Made by a program: the position numbers and the translations under genes
Part shown: positions 12,868 to 25,951 of the stretch, one piece after another
Position numbering within the stretch: position 1 is the first letter of the stretch
Layout: each line of letters starts with the position of its first letter
The notes under the pieces: generated by a model
Seen by the model: only the letters and a program-made list of their open reading frames with translations
Databases searched by the model: none
Told to the model about the DNA's origin: nothing
Assembly: GCA_016748015.1 (NCBI GenBank)
Contig: JAAOMT010000706.1
Location: 390,219 to 454,218, forward strand
DNA from: Geosiphon pyriformis uo1
Taxonomy: Eukaryota > Fungi > Glomeromycota
Length of the DNA stretch: 64,000 nt
Reading direction: 5' to 3'

Positions 12868-13930
12868 CTCTATTAAAATCAACAGTCATAAAAGAACAAT
12901 AGATTAGATATTGATAAATTAATATTATTAGCGATTTAATATTAATGATCAAAAACAATATAATAGTTTGAAGAGTTATATTATTTTTGAATGATTAATT
13001 AATAGTAAAATAAAAATTAGTATATATAAAAATTTATTTTTAATAGAAATTGATTTATTTATTATGTAATTATTATTGAAAATTCCCGAAAATAAAAATT
13101 CTTTGATAGTTAGATTTCTTACATAATTTAATTTTTGAATTTATATTTTTGTTGAATAAATATATTTTTTGCAAACTATTTTCGCATAACACAATTGTTA
13201 CACGCCTTATATATATATATATATATATATAATAAATAAATAAATAAATTTTAAAATCTGTTATAATTTTTTGTTAATTATATTAAAAAATAAGTTTAAA
13301 AAATTTAAAAAGATTGTTATTATTAAGTTAAAAATAGTTATTGTTTATATATATATTAAATTATGTTTATAATTGTTTTTATTGTATTTAGATTAGATAA
13401 TAAAAATTTTTTATTTTGTTATAGGAATTTTAAAAAAATCAAATTAAAATTTGTTAACTTATAACAATATATTCATATTTATTTTAAAAACTTTAAATTT
13501 ATTATTTTTATTTTTAAGCCATTTGTTATATTTAAAATTAGTATAAACTGTTTTTTAAATTTAATTTTATATATGTTTAAGCTATTGTTTATTATATTTA
13601 ATAAAAACTTTAAATTTTAAATACAAAAATTAATTTATTTAGTTAAATTATATTTAGTGTCTTTTTCGTGAGTAAATGAGTAATTTTTGGGGCGGGATGG
13701 TTCCGGAGAGTTAAGGTTTCCAAATCCATAATATCAATTTATCATCGAAAACGATGCTTGGGATGCTGTGAAATCAAGGCTCCGATTAATCATGGATATT
13801 TAGTTGAATATGCATGCATAAAGTATATCTCAATTTTTTCGCTCAAATTTTCGTGATCATACAGGAGATACATTGTTTTCACATATAATTCCTGGTTATC
13901 TGTTATAACTGAATTTTGAAGTTTTTCAAA

Positions 13931-13963
13931 TTCATCATTCATCCTTCATCATCATTCATCATC

Positions 13964-14008
<45 letters not shown>

Positions 14009-14014
14009 CATCAT
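13931..14014. repeat. (TTCATCA)n heptanucleotide repeat
   Basis: Directly visible upstream of TMEM234. Confidence 0.9.
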
Positions 14015-14280
14015 TGAAACCAAGAAAAAAACGATTTTGAAAATGTATTATAATTACGATTATGATATGATTATTAGTATGTATAAAATTATGAAATTTA
14101 AAATTCGGCATTTGTAGTTTATTTTAATTGAGCGAAAATGTGTCAGATGGGACAAAAATATGTATTCATTTGAATAGTTTTATTCAATTTCAATAGCTAA
14201 ATATTCTAAATTATTTGATTTTTTTTTTTCGATTCCCTTCTTTCAAAAATTCACGAAATACGGAATTTAAAATAAAAAAG

Positions 14281-15136
14281 AAAATACTATCGGATTTATT
14301 CTAGGTAATAATATAAATCATATAAATATTTACCTTTCTTTTGATTCAATTTTGACTTAAATGACTTACTTGTTTTTTCTATAAAATTTATAGTGGCATT
14401 ATGCTGGGGTTTCACAAACCCATTCATTAAACGTGGTAGTGCTGGATTAGAACGTATTCATCGAGATACGTGGTTCAAGCAAACACTTGCCGAAGTCTGG
14501 TTTTTGTTTACGCGGTGGCAGGTATATTTTATTATTATTATAAGCATCAAATTATAGAAGGTTTACTTTCAATTAAAGAAGATTATCTCCATATTTTTTT
14601 TAAGGATGATGGTGATTATGTAATAGAATTTCTGAATTTTTTGTACATTTTAATTTTAAACATATCATAGTATATTATTCCGTTACTTTTAAACTTGAGT
14701 GGATCAACAGTTTACTATATTACCTTGGGGCAAGCTGGTGAGCATATAATTCTAATATTATCTTTTTACTTTCGAATCGATAAAACTACCATATTTAAAT
14801 AATGAATGAGAATTTATAAATTTATCAATAAAAATTATTCTCATTAATTATTTCTTTTTAGATCTCTCACTCGCCGTACCAATTACGAATTCACTCACTT
14901 TTATATTTACCACTTTTGCGGCATGGATTTTAGGCGAGAAAGTTGGAACAAAAGGTCAAATTTTAAAATGATTATTTATTAATCTAAATTTGATTTCCTG
15001 ATCTTTTGATTTTTTTAAAACATAAGGTATTTGGATTGGAATGTTCATGGTTGTGGTTGGTGTAGGATTATGTGTTCAAAGTAAAATTGGTGCTTCTGTT
15101 GAAATTAAAGATCCTTTATTTACCAAAGAATATTAG
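14281..15136 (+). CDS. TMEM234: Transmembrane protein 234 family (small DMT-superfamily membrane protein); first exon and start codon not resolved
   Basis: Spliced product NTIGFILVALCWGFTNPFIKRGSAGL...RWQ|YIIPLLLNLSGSTVYYITLGQA|DLSLAVPITNSLTFIFT...LGEK|...GMFMVVVGVGLCV. These motifs are characteristic of the family. Missed by the ORF track. Confidence 0.88.
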
Positions 15137-15385
15137 TAATGGTTAATTATATGATACAATAAACTATATTGCTGTAAATTTTTTAAAGGATTAACCTAAA
15201 TCTTAAGATAATAAAGTTTAAGAAAATCAGAATCACTAAAATCTGATTGGTGCAATATTTTAAGACTAATCATCAGTTCCTGCCATTGTAGCCATCAATA
15301 TTAAAAAAAAAGAAAAAGAAAAGGGTAATAGCTTCAAACGGGTAAAAAAAAACTAACTGATTCGATCCAAAAACCATTATCCGAA

Positions 15386-18300
15386 ATGTCTTTAGAATCG
15401 ATTTGCGATGAATTCATTGAATCCCACCCACATTCTCTTGTATATTTGCATAATCGATTGCTATTTCTCTCTAGTTATTTGTTTAAAGATGAACGCATAT
15501 CATGGCTTGTGTTTTTAAAAGATCTATGGATGCGACAAGCTTCATCGACCCCCGGTAAATATTTTCCTCCTTTTGATCGTTTTGATTCGTCTTTTTTGAT
15601 ACATTATCTATACCCTTTTTTCTCGAAAAATCATATCCTAATGAAACCAAATTTGAACAGAAAATTTTCGTATCGCTATTATAAAAAGTACCGCAAATTA
15701 TATCAAAGGTCAATTAAGTCCAAAACCTCATTCAGTCATCGATGATGTCCCATTCAGATTGATTCAAAATGATCTCGATTTTTATGTTACTCGCATGATT
15801 TCTGTGCCTTATTGTCATTTATCAAATGAACCAGAAAATGGAAAATCAATGAAAGAGACAAATGAAATTGAGGAGACATTCGATGTTACCGGAAGGTATT
15901 TTAAATTTTTAAAATGGTCTCATAATTTAATTTTCAAAACTTCTAACAACCAATGTAATCATCAATATCAGTCTCTTTCAAGATTTACTACCAAAGAGGC
16001 AACCAAAATTGACAGATCCAGAAATCTTAATAAATCTGTTATCACTTTTCAACTATCTTGGATTTCAGGCTTGGGAGGAAATTCGATGGAACTCATCTTT
16101 TCCTTTAATCATCATCAGCCTTGCTTCAAAATTAATATCTTCTGGTATATTCTGATTAATAATTCAATCAAAGTTTTATTTAAATAAATTTAATACTTTA
16201 ATTTTTTCTTTCTTTCTTTCTTCGAAAGAATTTTGGGAAAAAATTAAAGACGATCCTAACACAAGACATATCTGTAGATATAAACTTGAAAATCAAAATC
16301 AATCAATCCCATCGGTATTTCCTCGATTTTTTTCCTGCTTTTTTACTTTGCACCTGCTGACATAGTCAATTTTTATTTGATCAAAGTCCGATTATACTGC
16401 TGAAAAAAAAAAGATTTGCCACCAGTAAGAATTTTACATGAACTTTTTTATTGATTCCAAAAATTTCATGTAAACCTACCGTTTTAGATTAAGAGATCTC
16501 AAAAGATACCTGGCTGAAAATGCTCAATCAGAGAGTGATCCTAATGAAGAGCCCCTCACATTCCATGAAACCACATTCATGAAGATATTTTGGAAGATCT
16601 ATCGTCAAATTAATGTTAACCAGTCCTTTGGACATTATTTACAAAATTCATTGGATGAACCAAATTGGAAAAACACTCGAAAAGGACACGATCAGTGTCT
16701 CAAAAGTTTGTTTCGGATGATTATTCTTCGATCACCAGGATACCAGTCATTTTTGAAGCTGATGATACAATTCATAGATCTAATAGCTGGGTAAATATTT
16801 TATTGTTTAAATCTCTGAAATATTCGACAAAATATGCGCTAAATTTATCCCCTTATTAGAAGGGATGAATTCAAGATTGATTATTTCACAGAATTGATTG
16901 TACATCAGGGATTGCAGCTTGAACTTTACAAAAGTATTAAAAGACTTGTCACAATATTTCTTTCAAAAGATAGGTTGATTAAATCGGAAGTGGTTTCTGT
17001 AAGCCAAAAAATTTTATTCTCTCCTATGATACGCTTTTTTTCCTGACCTAGAAATTCAACACCGAGTCTAAATAGGACTCGGTCAATTTGTTCTTCAAAG
17101 TTTTGCCTTGTCTCACACGAAGTGAACGCCTTCATTTACGGAATCAGATTTTCAATGATAGGTAATGAGGTTCTATGTTTAAATGTATAATTGAAATTGG
17201 ATAAAAGGATCTTAACATCTAACCTGGAAATTAATAGATCATTTGAATTGGAAATCACCACGCCTATTTTCAACACTTGGGAAATTTGGCCGTTTGATTT
17301 CGACAAGCGTATCATCAGTGTTTGTAATAAAATATTATCTCCCACTCTCACACTCGATCGAAGTTTTGAAGATAAGGGTGGTCATGACTACGATGAAAGA
17401 TTTCTTCATAAAAAAGCTACCAATACACAATTAGACGTTGTTGATTCATTAATCGAGGTAATCTTTAGATACAATGTTTAAAGATTCAATGAATTTCAGA
17501 TGAAGCTTTATATTAGTAATATTAATTTTTTACATTTTATTAATTCTTTTATAATTAAACCGTAAAAATAAACTTTGCTTAGCTTTCATTCATTTCGCCA
17601 TACCACGTTTTGGAAGAGCTTATAAAACAAACAATATTAAATAAAGGCCAAGGACCTCTCATCCTTGATATTCTATGCCAACTAGGAAATCTATGTTGGC
17701 TACAGCCAAAATCAGGTTCATCTAGATTGTTAATAATTGTATTGGAAGATATTCTTGAGAAAATTGACGACGGTTTGATTCAGCTGACCGAGCAAGAAGC
17801 AAAGAACTGGGTGGAGTTTGTTACGCACGGAATGCTGGTATCTTCGAAATGAATTTGATAAAGAATATCACGACTTGTTTCAACCCTAGAATATTTTAAT
17901 TGTTATTGAAATCACTTTTCTACAAGGGGGACTCGGGGAAAATCAATATAAATATAGAAGATCTTGAGATCGATGATTTGTCTGGAAAAATTCTTGATTT
18001 TCGAGAATACGTAAATCAATGTTTGATTCCTTTCCTGGAAAGATATCAAAAATCTGGCAACACCCATACAACTTTTTCTCTGTCAATCGCTACGCTTCAA
18101 AATTTACTTCAATCATTTCTTTCCAAGCCAAGCGTTCCCGAGGCATTTTGGCTTCTCTTGGTCAAACCTTATCAGCTATTGCATTTCTTGGGATTATGTT
18201 TGGATCAACGGCAATCCGGGGCTCTGTCAAGTATGAAGCAAATTGACGATATTTATGTGCTAATGAAAGATATTATAGAAATATTGGGGCAATTGATGAA

Positions 18301-19776
18301 GGAGATTTCTTTGGATTCCATGGAATATTGTAAGTTTCCCATGGCTCAATTTCTTGATTAAAGATAATTAGAAATTACTAATCTTTCATAAATTTTCAGC
18401 TATTCTTCAACGAAATGCTGACAATGCTCACCGTCTTTATAAAGATTCCAAAGATTTGGGTGATTACATATGTTAAGCCATTGCAACCGATCTGAGTCAG
18501 TAGTATTACAATTTTGCTAAATTTTCATAAACTTTTAATCCAGATTGGATGACTCAACTTCTCTTGAGACCCTTTTTCGAAATGTGTTGTGCCGTGTTTG
18601 GTTTTGAGCTTGATCAATTAGCGCTTCCTGCAGCCCTCATTTCTTTCTGCGAAATATCGACCGATTATTTGTCAATTGATGAAGAAAAGATGGAAGGAAA
18701 TCAAGCGATTATTGTACAGCAAATGAAAAAAATGATGCTATTTCTTGACGGCTGTCGTGTGTCTGATGATTGGTTGAACTATTTCTGTTCGGCATGTATT
18801 CCTCTGTGAATCAAAATCAAAATCAAAATACCATTATCATAATTTGTGATCCATGATACAATTAGGCACTTAACAAGGCGAAGAATATAACTCGTAGTAA
18901 TTTACGGGATCTTTTCATGAAGATTGGTCCATTTGCTTTTTGTGCTACTCTATCATCGAGTATAGGGGAGGAAGCTCGACGGCTATTGAATAACTTCTTA
19001 AAGAAATTATTTTCTTATGGAATGTTATCCACAACTGAACTATTGATGATTTTTAACGAGAATCAATCAGAGTTGAATTTCCTCGTGATCGAATCACTTG
19101 ATATGTCAGGTGAGTATTGAGTAAAAATATATTGATCTCGGGAAAAATTTTTGTTCTCCCTATTTATTTTTAAAATATTTTTTGTTGAAAGAGCGCATAC
19201 AGCTAGCTTCCTTAAGATTCTCTACAATCAAAATTTTATCTTGTTTGAGAAAGCTCAGTTATTTAAAAGAATCTGCCTCAAACTCCCCATTGCAAGAACA
19301 GGGTATCAATGATATTTGGATTGTGCAAAACATTGGAAAAAACATCAAGGTAGACCTAGCTTTTTATCTCATTTTTTATCTTAGAATTGAAAAATTCTAC
19401 TTATTCTAAAAATCATGATTGTCGACAGATTCTTGTTCCTTCATCTGCCAGTTTAAACTATCTCGTATTGGCTTTCGTTTCTATCGTCACTGGACTAGAG
19501 ATGCTTGATGACGCATTACCTAATTCCAGGGAGATCCTATACATTTGTTTATTAAGCATTGTAGAAATATTGGGCGAACGAATGCAACAGAAAAGACGTC
19601 AAAAATCAGGTGAAAAGGACATTAAAGAGAGTCCAGATAATATTTGTCATCAACAATGGAGAGACAATTTATTATTTGACGCAGTTGGGCGAATTAAGGA
19701 AGAAGGAGGACGAAGCGCCGTTATTGGAGGTTTGAAGTTACCACGTAGTTTGTTTCCAAAACAGAATCATAGATGA
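15386..19776 (+). CDS. GEMIN4: Probable Gem-associated protein 4 (Gemin4)-like helical protein, roughly 1000 aa, multi-exon
   Basis: A chain of GT-AG-joined exons. Blocks in colinear order resemble human GEMIN4 as I recall it: ICDEF..[97 protein letters not shown]. The gene is certain; its identity is not searched. Confidence 0.65.
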
Positions 19777-21463
19777 TATGAAAATCCTGATTTGAGTAGA
19801 ATCTTTAGAATCGAAGCCACCACTCGAATTTACTGGTACACAAAACAAGAAATTGGTAATTTCGCCATTGCTAACTAACCAATAATTCCCAACTTATGAT
19901 CATCAGCATAAAGATAAAAATAAGGCTTGAACTCGCATAATTCACAGAAAGATAATAAGGTCAAGCTTGAAATTTCAAAGTTATTTTTATAAAAATTTGT
20001 GACTAAATGTCGATGATGAGAGGTGCGATTTGTGAAAACGGGTGAGCCAAATAAATCCGCATGCTGATTACAATTTCAATTTGCAGCTTGGAATCCCGAA
20101 TAGTTTGTCCCACAATTATTGTTCAACATGCAAAACAGTTATTTTTATCTTATGAAGTCTATATATATATATATATGCATATTATTGATTGTTTTGGGAT
20201 TTGACCGAAACTTACGGAATAATTGATGTCCAGCTTGTTTTATTAATATGCCGAGATTCAACATTGAGCTCAAATGAATTGCTGTTTAATGTGAATCTCC
20301 TCAATTATTGTTTTTGAGTGGTTGAAGGGGGAAATATCAAGTTAAAAATTATCATATGTTTTTGATTCTGACAGTAAAAATAATTACTGTCCGAAGTTGT
20401 ATGTAATATCTTTCTGGTTACTATATTTGTTGTACAATTATTCGACACACAATGCAGTCCGGGTATCCTGAAACCCGTTAATTGAAACATTCACTTACTG
20501 TAGTATAAAAACGTATTGTAAATCCAATCCATACAATAGAATAAATATGAACGCGAGGTTGAAATTTCGTTTTATTTTTTTTTGTCTTTTTTCACCTAAT
20601 TTTCCCTTCATTCGCGGTTGGATGACAGGAGCATCCTTAATATACAAATTTTAAATTGTATATTCCCATATTCCTAATTTTTTATTCTCCTTACACAAAT
20701 ACACGCGTCACATACATACTCACTTAATTTTTCGTTATCAAACAATTCATTTGTCCTATTTTCTCTTCATTCCTTCTCGCTCTCACTCTCTTCACTTTCT
20801 TTTAAATTTTCTGGAGTGTGTATCGCACGCTCTTTTCACAAAATAAAACTTCACTGTAAAACATCCCTGACAAAGTTTACATCTTCCCTTTTTTTCCTTT
20901 TTCCTTTTTCCACGTGTTATACTTTATATTTTTTCTAGTCGTCTTTTGAATCTTTCCCAAACTACACCACGAACCACAATATTTCCTCCAAAAAAAACCC
21001 CCCTTCTACCCTAACACTTTTTACGAACTATTTTGCTTCTCTCTAATCCTCCACTTTAACTTGTGTACCCCTGACATACTTCTCATTTAACCTCATGCCC
21101 TGACTCTTTCGAGTGTAGAGTGTTAATATTAAAATAAAGATATCCCAACCTCTATTTTGTATATTTTACCTTGTAAATTCGGTCCTCACTAAGGGTAAGT
21201 TTTATATTTTTCTATTTGAATGCGGCTTTTTGGTCATATGAAAAATGCTAAGCAACTTTTTTTTTGATTTAATTGCACACATATTTCACCTTTAATCATC
21301 ACTCCTTTACAACTTTTCCATCAACCCCTTTCTCAAACTCTCATCTTTACCTCTCAGACACTTCAAATAGATTTTTAATTTAGCATAGAAGACATAAGCG
21401 TGGCATAACGTTATTTATTTATTTATTAAACATTCAAAATTACATAAATTCTACTCAAAAAGT

Positions 21464-22547
21464 ATGCGGACTACACCGATTTTTGCACTTTTATTCGCGT
21501 CCATCTCTCTCCTGCACACCTCCATTCATCACAAGGTTAATGCAGCACCAATAGTAGAATCATGGAAAGATCTGCTTAAGACTGGTTGGGATGAATTATC
21601 GCCAAGTTTTACCCCATCAAAAATAAGATCAAGAAAATTCAAAAGACATTTGTCATCATATTCTTTGTCAAAAAGATCATTAGATATGACACGGCGTTCC
21701 TTGCTCCAAGTAAGAGCACCACCGGGGCGAACCGCCGATAATCAAAATAATGATGGTAAAGATGGTAAAGATGGTAAAGATTCTGATGCCAATTCGAACA
21801 AGAATAATGCGGCTCAACAGCATCAACCTGGCAAGGGTCAAGTTGCTGATTCTCAATCAGCAAATCAACAGATTAATAAGAATCCAAGTAAATTCAATGA
21901 ATAAATTTATGAAAATTCGAGAAATTTAAACTTAAAACTTAACCTTTTTTCTTATTGATTTAGCTGACATCAAACCTCTTAATGCCGCTGCCCCAACTTC
22001 ATCAGTTGTTAATAATTCGGCGCCGATAGCATCAAACGTATCATCCACTGGTGGAAAAGATTTAAGTTCGGGGTCTGGGCAAGCTGTACCAACTGGCAGT
22101 ATTTCAAATGGTGCTATTGCTGGATTGTGCGTAGTCGGTGGTTGTGTTATCCTTGCTGGCGGTTTTTTCGCACTTATTCGTAAAAAGAAACATCAAGAGC
22201 GCACCAGCGAGATTGTCGCGAAATCTGCATCCGCCTTTGAAGCACAAAGTTCCAATTATGAGAAAATGGAGGAAGAGGTATTGCAACCAATTGGTAGATA
22301 CACCGTCGTAGAAACGTACACCCCAACTTTGGCTGACGAATTGGAGATACAACCGGGTGATAAGGTCACTGTATTTTTGGAATATGATGATGGTTGGGTG
22401 CAAGGGCTCAATGAAACCCGAAAAGGAGCCAAGGGTGTATTTCCAAGGCATTGTATCGACATGAACATTATTGGCCCCGCCCTAAAATCGGGTAAAAGAT
22501 CTAGTTCGATAAACGTTGGGTATCACAATATCAATTTAAATAATTAA
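21464..22547 (+). CDS. Signal peptide - low-complexity ectodomain - single TM - cytoplasmic SH3 protein
   Basis: Two coding exons (intron about 21887-21963). Hydrophobic N-terminus ending VNA/AP, TM GAIAGLCVVGGCVILAGGFFALI followed by RKKK, and SH3 motif YTPTLADELEIQPGDKV...YDDGW...GVFP. Confidence 0.9.
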
Positions 22548-25500
22548 TAAGTTTTAAAATATTCCTAATCAACCAATATTTTCCTGTTTTTCAAATTGAC
22601 TTGAGATTTACAGGCAATTACTGGTTGATTAGCTGTTCATTAATTTTCTAATTTTTCCAAATAATCAACTCCTTTTCATTCGTGCACGATTATTAATCAT
22701 TACAAAATTTGGATTTCTAACTTTTTAATTATCGTTGTATTCAAAATCAATTTTTCTCATAGTTGACAATTAATATGAAACAACGCCTTATTTTAGTGAT
22801 TAAATATAGGACGAATGAGTTCACATAAAAATCATCATGACATATTCTTTAGAATACGCATTCATTTGCGTCCTTTGTATTTGAACTCGAATTTCCAAAT
22901 TTTCTGCAGAATGGCACTTTTCATTTGATATTTGCTAAATTGTCATCTAATTTCTAAATAATCAATGATGATCGTGCAAGTTAAGTCATTAAGTACATAA
23001 TTTTGTACAAGGATTCACTATGCGACAAAATATATTTGATTAAAAACATCTTTCATATCTGGAAAGGGGCGAGTTTTTTCATGAGAACGAGCAATGAGAA
23101 GTTGATACCCTTTTAAAATTTGATCTTGCAAGTTCACTTTTGGTCCCTCATTTTATGCTGAGAATCTGTGTGATTTAAATTAAAGAAGTGGAGGTATCAA
23201 ATTTTCTATATATGTTGATGTGGTGAACTGTGAATTTTTAATCTATACAAAAATAAAGAATTTAATACCAAATGCCATTTAGTATATATAAAGAAATCAA
23301 AGGCATAGTCCAAACAGATATCCTTTTAAAATTCCATCGTCAAAGGGGCAAGACGAATCTGTAAGATATATTATTTCCGCATTCATATCATTGCACCTGG
23401 TTATCGGCCGAATCGTTGATTAGATTTTGAGAATTTGTACAAGCCACGTAAAAATACGTTATAATCGAATCTAGTATTTCTTGGTATGTGGCTATGATAT
23501 TATCGTCCAGTGAAACAAAAAATAAATAAGACTTAAGGTAATTTCAAATAAATCAGAACAAGATATAAATAAGACTTACAAAATTTCAGTGTATTTAATA
23601 TGCCATGGGGGGAAACCTTGGAGATCAATATCGGGGGAAAACGTAATTAACAGTTGAGGCTCGGAAAATTGGGGGGCTGGGTTAAGAAAGCAAGGTGGAT
23701 TAAAAGCCATTTAGCTTTGATTCCTNNNNNNNNNNNNNNNNNNNNCTCCATTCATCACAAGGTTAATGCAGCACCAATAGTAGAATCATGGAAAGATCTG
23801 CTTAAGACTGGTTGGGATGAATTATCGCCAAGTTTTACCCCATCAAAAATAAGATCAAGAAAATTCAAAAGACATTTGTCATCATATTCTTTGTCAAAAA
23901 GATCATTAGATATGACACGGCGTTCCTTGCTCCAAGTAAGAGCACCACCGGGGCGAACCGCCGATAATCAAAATAATGATGGTAAAGATGGTAAAGATGG
24001 TAAAGATTCTGATGCCAATTCGAACAAGAATAATGCGGCTCAACAGCATCAACCTGGCAAGGGTCAAGTTGCTGATTCTCAATCAGCAAATCAACAGATT
24101 AATAAGAATCCAAGTAAATTCAATGAATAAATTTATGAAAATTCGAGAAATTTAAACTTAAAACTTAACCTTTTTTCTTATTGATTTAGCTGACATCAAA
24201 CCTCTTAATGCCGCTGCCCCAACTTCATCAGTTGTTAATAATTCGGCGCCGATAGCATCAAACGTATCATCCACTGGTGGAAAAGATTTAAGTTCGGGGT
24301 CTGGGCAAGCTGTACCAACTGGCAGTATTTCAAATGGTGCTATTGCTGGATTGTGCGTAGTCGGTGGTTGTGTTATCCTTGCTGGCGGTTTTTTCGCACT
24401 TATTCGTAAAAAGAAACATCAAGAGCGCACCAGCGAGATTGTCGCGAAATCTGCATCCGCCTTTGAAGCACAAAGTTCCAATTATGAGAAAATGGAGGAA
24501 GAGGTATTGCAACCAATTGGTAGATACACCGTCGTAGAAACGTACACCCCAACTTTGGCTGACGAATTGGAGATACAACCGGGTGATAAGGTCACTGTAT
24601 TTTTGGAATATGATGATGGTTGGGTGCAAGGGCTCAATGAAACCCGAAAAGGAGCCAAGGGTGTATTTCCAAGGCATTGTATCGACATGAACATTATTGG
24701 CCCCGCCCTAAAATCGGGTAAAAGATCTAGTTCGATAAACGTTGGGTATCACAATATCAATTTAAATAATTAATAAGTTTTAAAATATTCCTAATCAACC
24801 AATATTTTCCTGTTTTTCAAATTGACTTGAGATTTACAGGCAATTACTGGTTGATTAGCTGTTCATTAATTTTCTAATTTTTCCAAATAATCAACTCCTT
24901 TTCATTCGTGCACGATTATTAATCATTACAAAATTTGGATTTCTAACTTTTTAATTATCGTTGTATTCAAAATCAATTTTTCTCATAGTTGACAATTAAT
25001 ATGAAACAACGCCTTATTTTAGTGATTAAATATAGGACGAATGAGTTCACATAAAAATCATCATGACATATTCTTTAGAATACGCATTCATTTGCGTCCT
25101 TTGTATTTGAACTCGAATTTCCAAATTTTCTGCAGAATGGCACTTTTCATTTGATATTTGCTAAATTGTCATCTAATTTCTAAATAATCAATGATGATCG
25201 TGCAAGTTAAGTCATTAAGTACATAATTTTGTACAAGGATTCACTATGCGACAAAATATATTTGATTAAAAACATCTTTCATATCTGGAAAGGGGCGAGT
25301 TTTTTCATGAGAACGAGCAATGAGAAGTTGATACCCTTTTAAAATTTGATCTTGCAAGTTCACTTTTGGTCCCTCATTTTATGCTGAGAATCTGTGTGAT
25401 TTAAATTAAAGAAGTGGAGGTATCAAATTTTCTATATATGTTGATGTGGTGAACTGTGAATTTTTAATCTATACAAAAATAAAGAATTTAATACCAAATG

Positions 25501-25951
25501 CCATTTAGTATATATAAAGAAATCAAAGGCATAGTCCAAACAGATATCCTTTTAAAATTCCATCGTCAAAGGGGCAAGACGAATCTGTAAGATATATTAT
25601 TTCCGCATTCATATCATTGCACCTGGTTATCGGCCGAATCGTTGATTAGATTTTGAGAATTTGTACAAGCCACGTAAAAATACGTTATAATCGAATCTAG
25701 TATTTCTTGGTATGTGGCTATGATATTATCGTCCAGTGAAACAAAAAATAAATAAGACTTAAGGTAATTTCAAATAAATCAGAACAAGATATAAATAAGA
25801 CTTACAAAATTTCAGTGTATTTAATATGCCATGGGGGGAAACCTTGGAGATCAATATCGGGGGAAAACGTAATTAACAGTTGAGGCTCGGAAAATTGGGG
25901 GGCTGGGTTAAGAAAGCAAGGTGGATTAAAAGCCATTTAGCTTTGATTCCT
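21520..25951. repeat. Apparently identical 2206-bp direct duplication (21520-23725 and 23746-25951) separated by a 20-N gap
   Basis: Identical ORFs occur at a constant 2226-bp offset; both ends were traced in the sequence. Confidence 0.95.
23746..24773 (+). pseudogene. 5'-truncated second copy of the SH3 gene (real duplicate or assembly artefact)
   Basis: Identical to 21520-22547 but lacks the ATG and most of the signal peptide. Confidence 0.6.

Noticed and set aside
12761-12958. Poly-His/Tyr/Ile ORF (likewise the NERT ORF at 63467-63661)
   Set aside because: These are translations of microsatellites.
13682-13730. Sm-site-like AATTTTTGG followed by a GC-rich stretch (snRNA or TTAA-ended transposon terminus)
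   Set aside because: There are no other snRNA-defining motifs, and I found no partner inverted repeat.
23654-23745. Novel N-terminus (MRLGKLGGW...) on the second SH3 copy
   Set aside because: It starts at TTG, is antisense to a duplicated NUS1 exon/intron, and is in frame only because of the arbitrary 20-N gap length.
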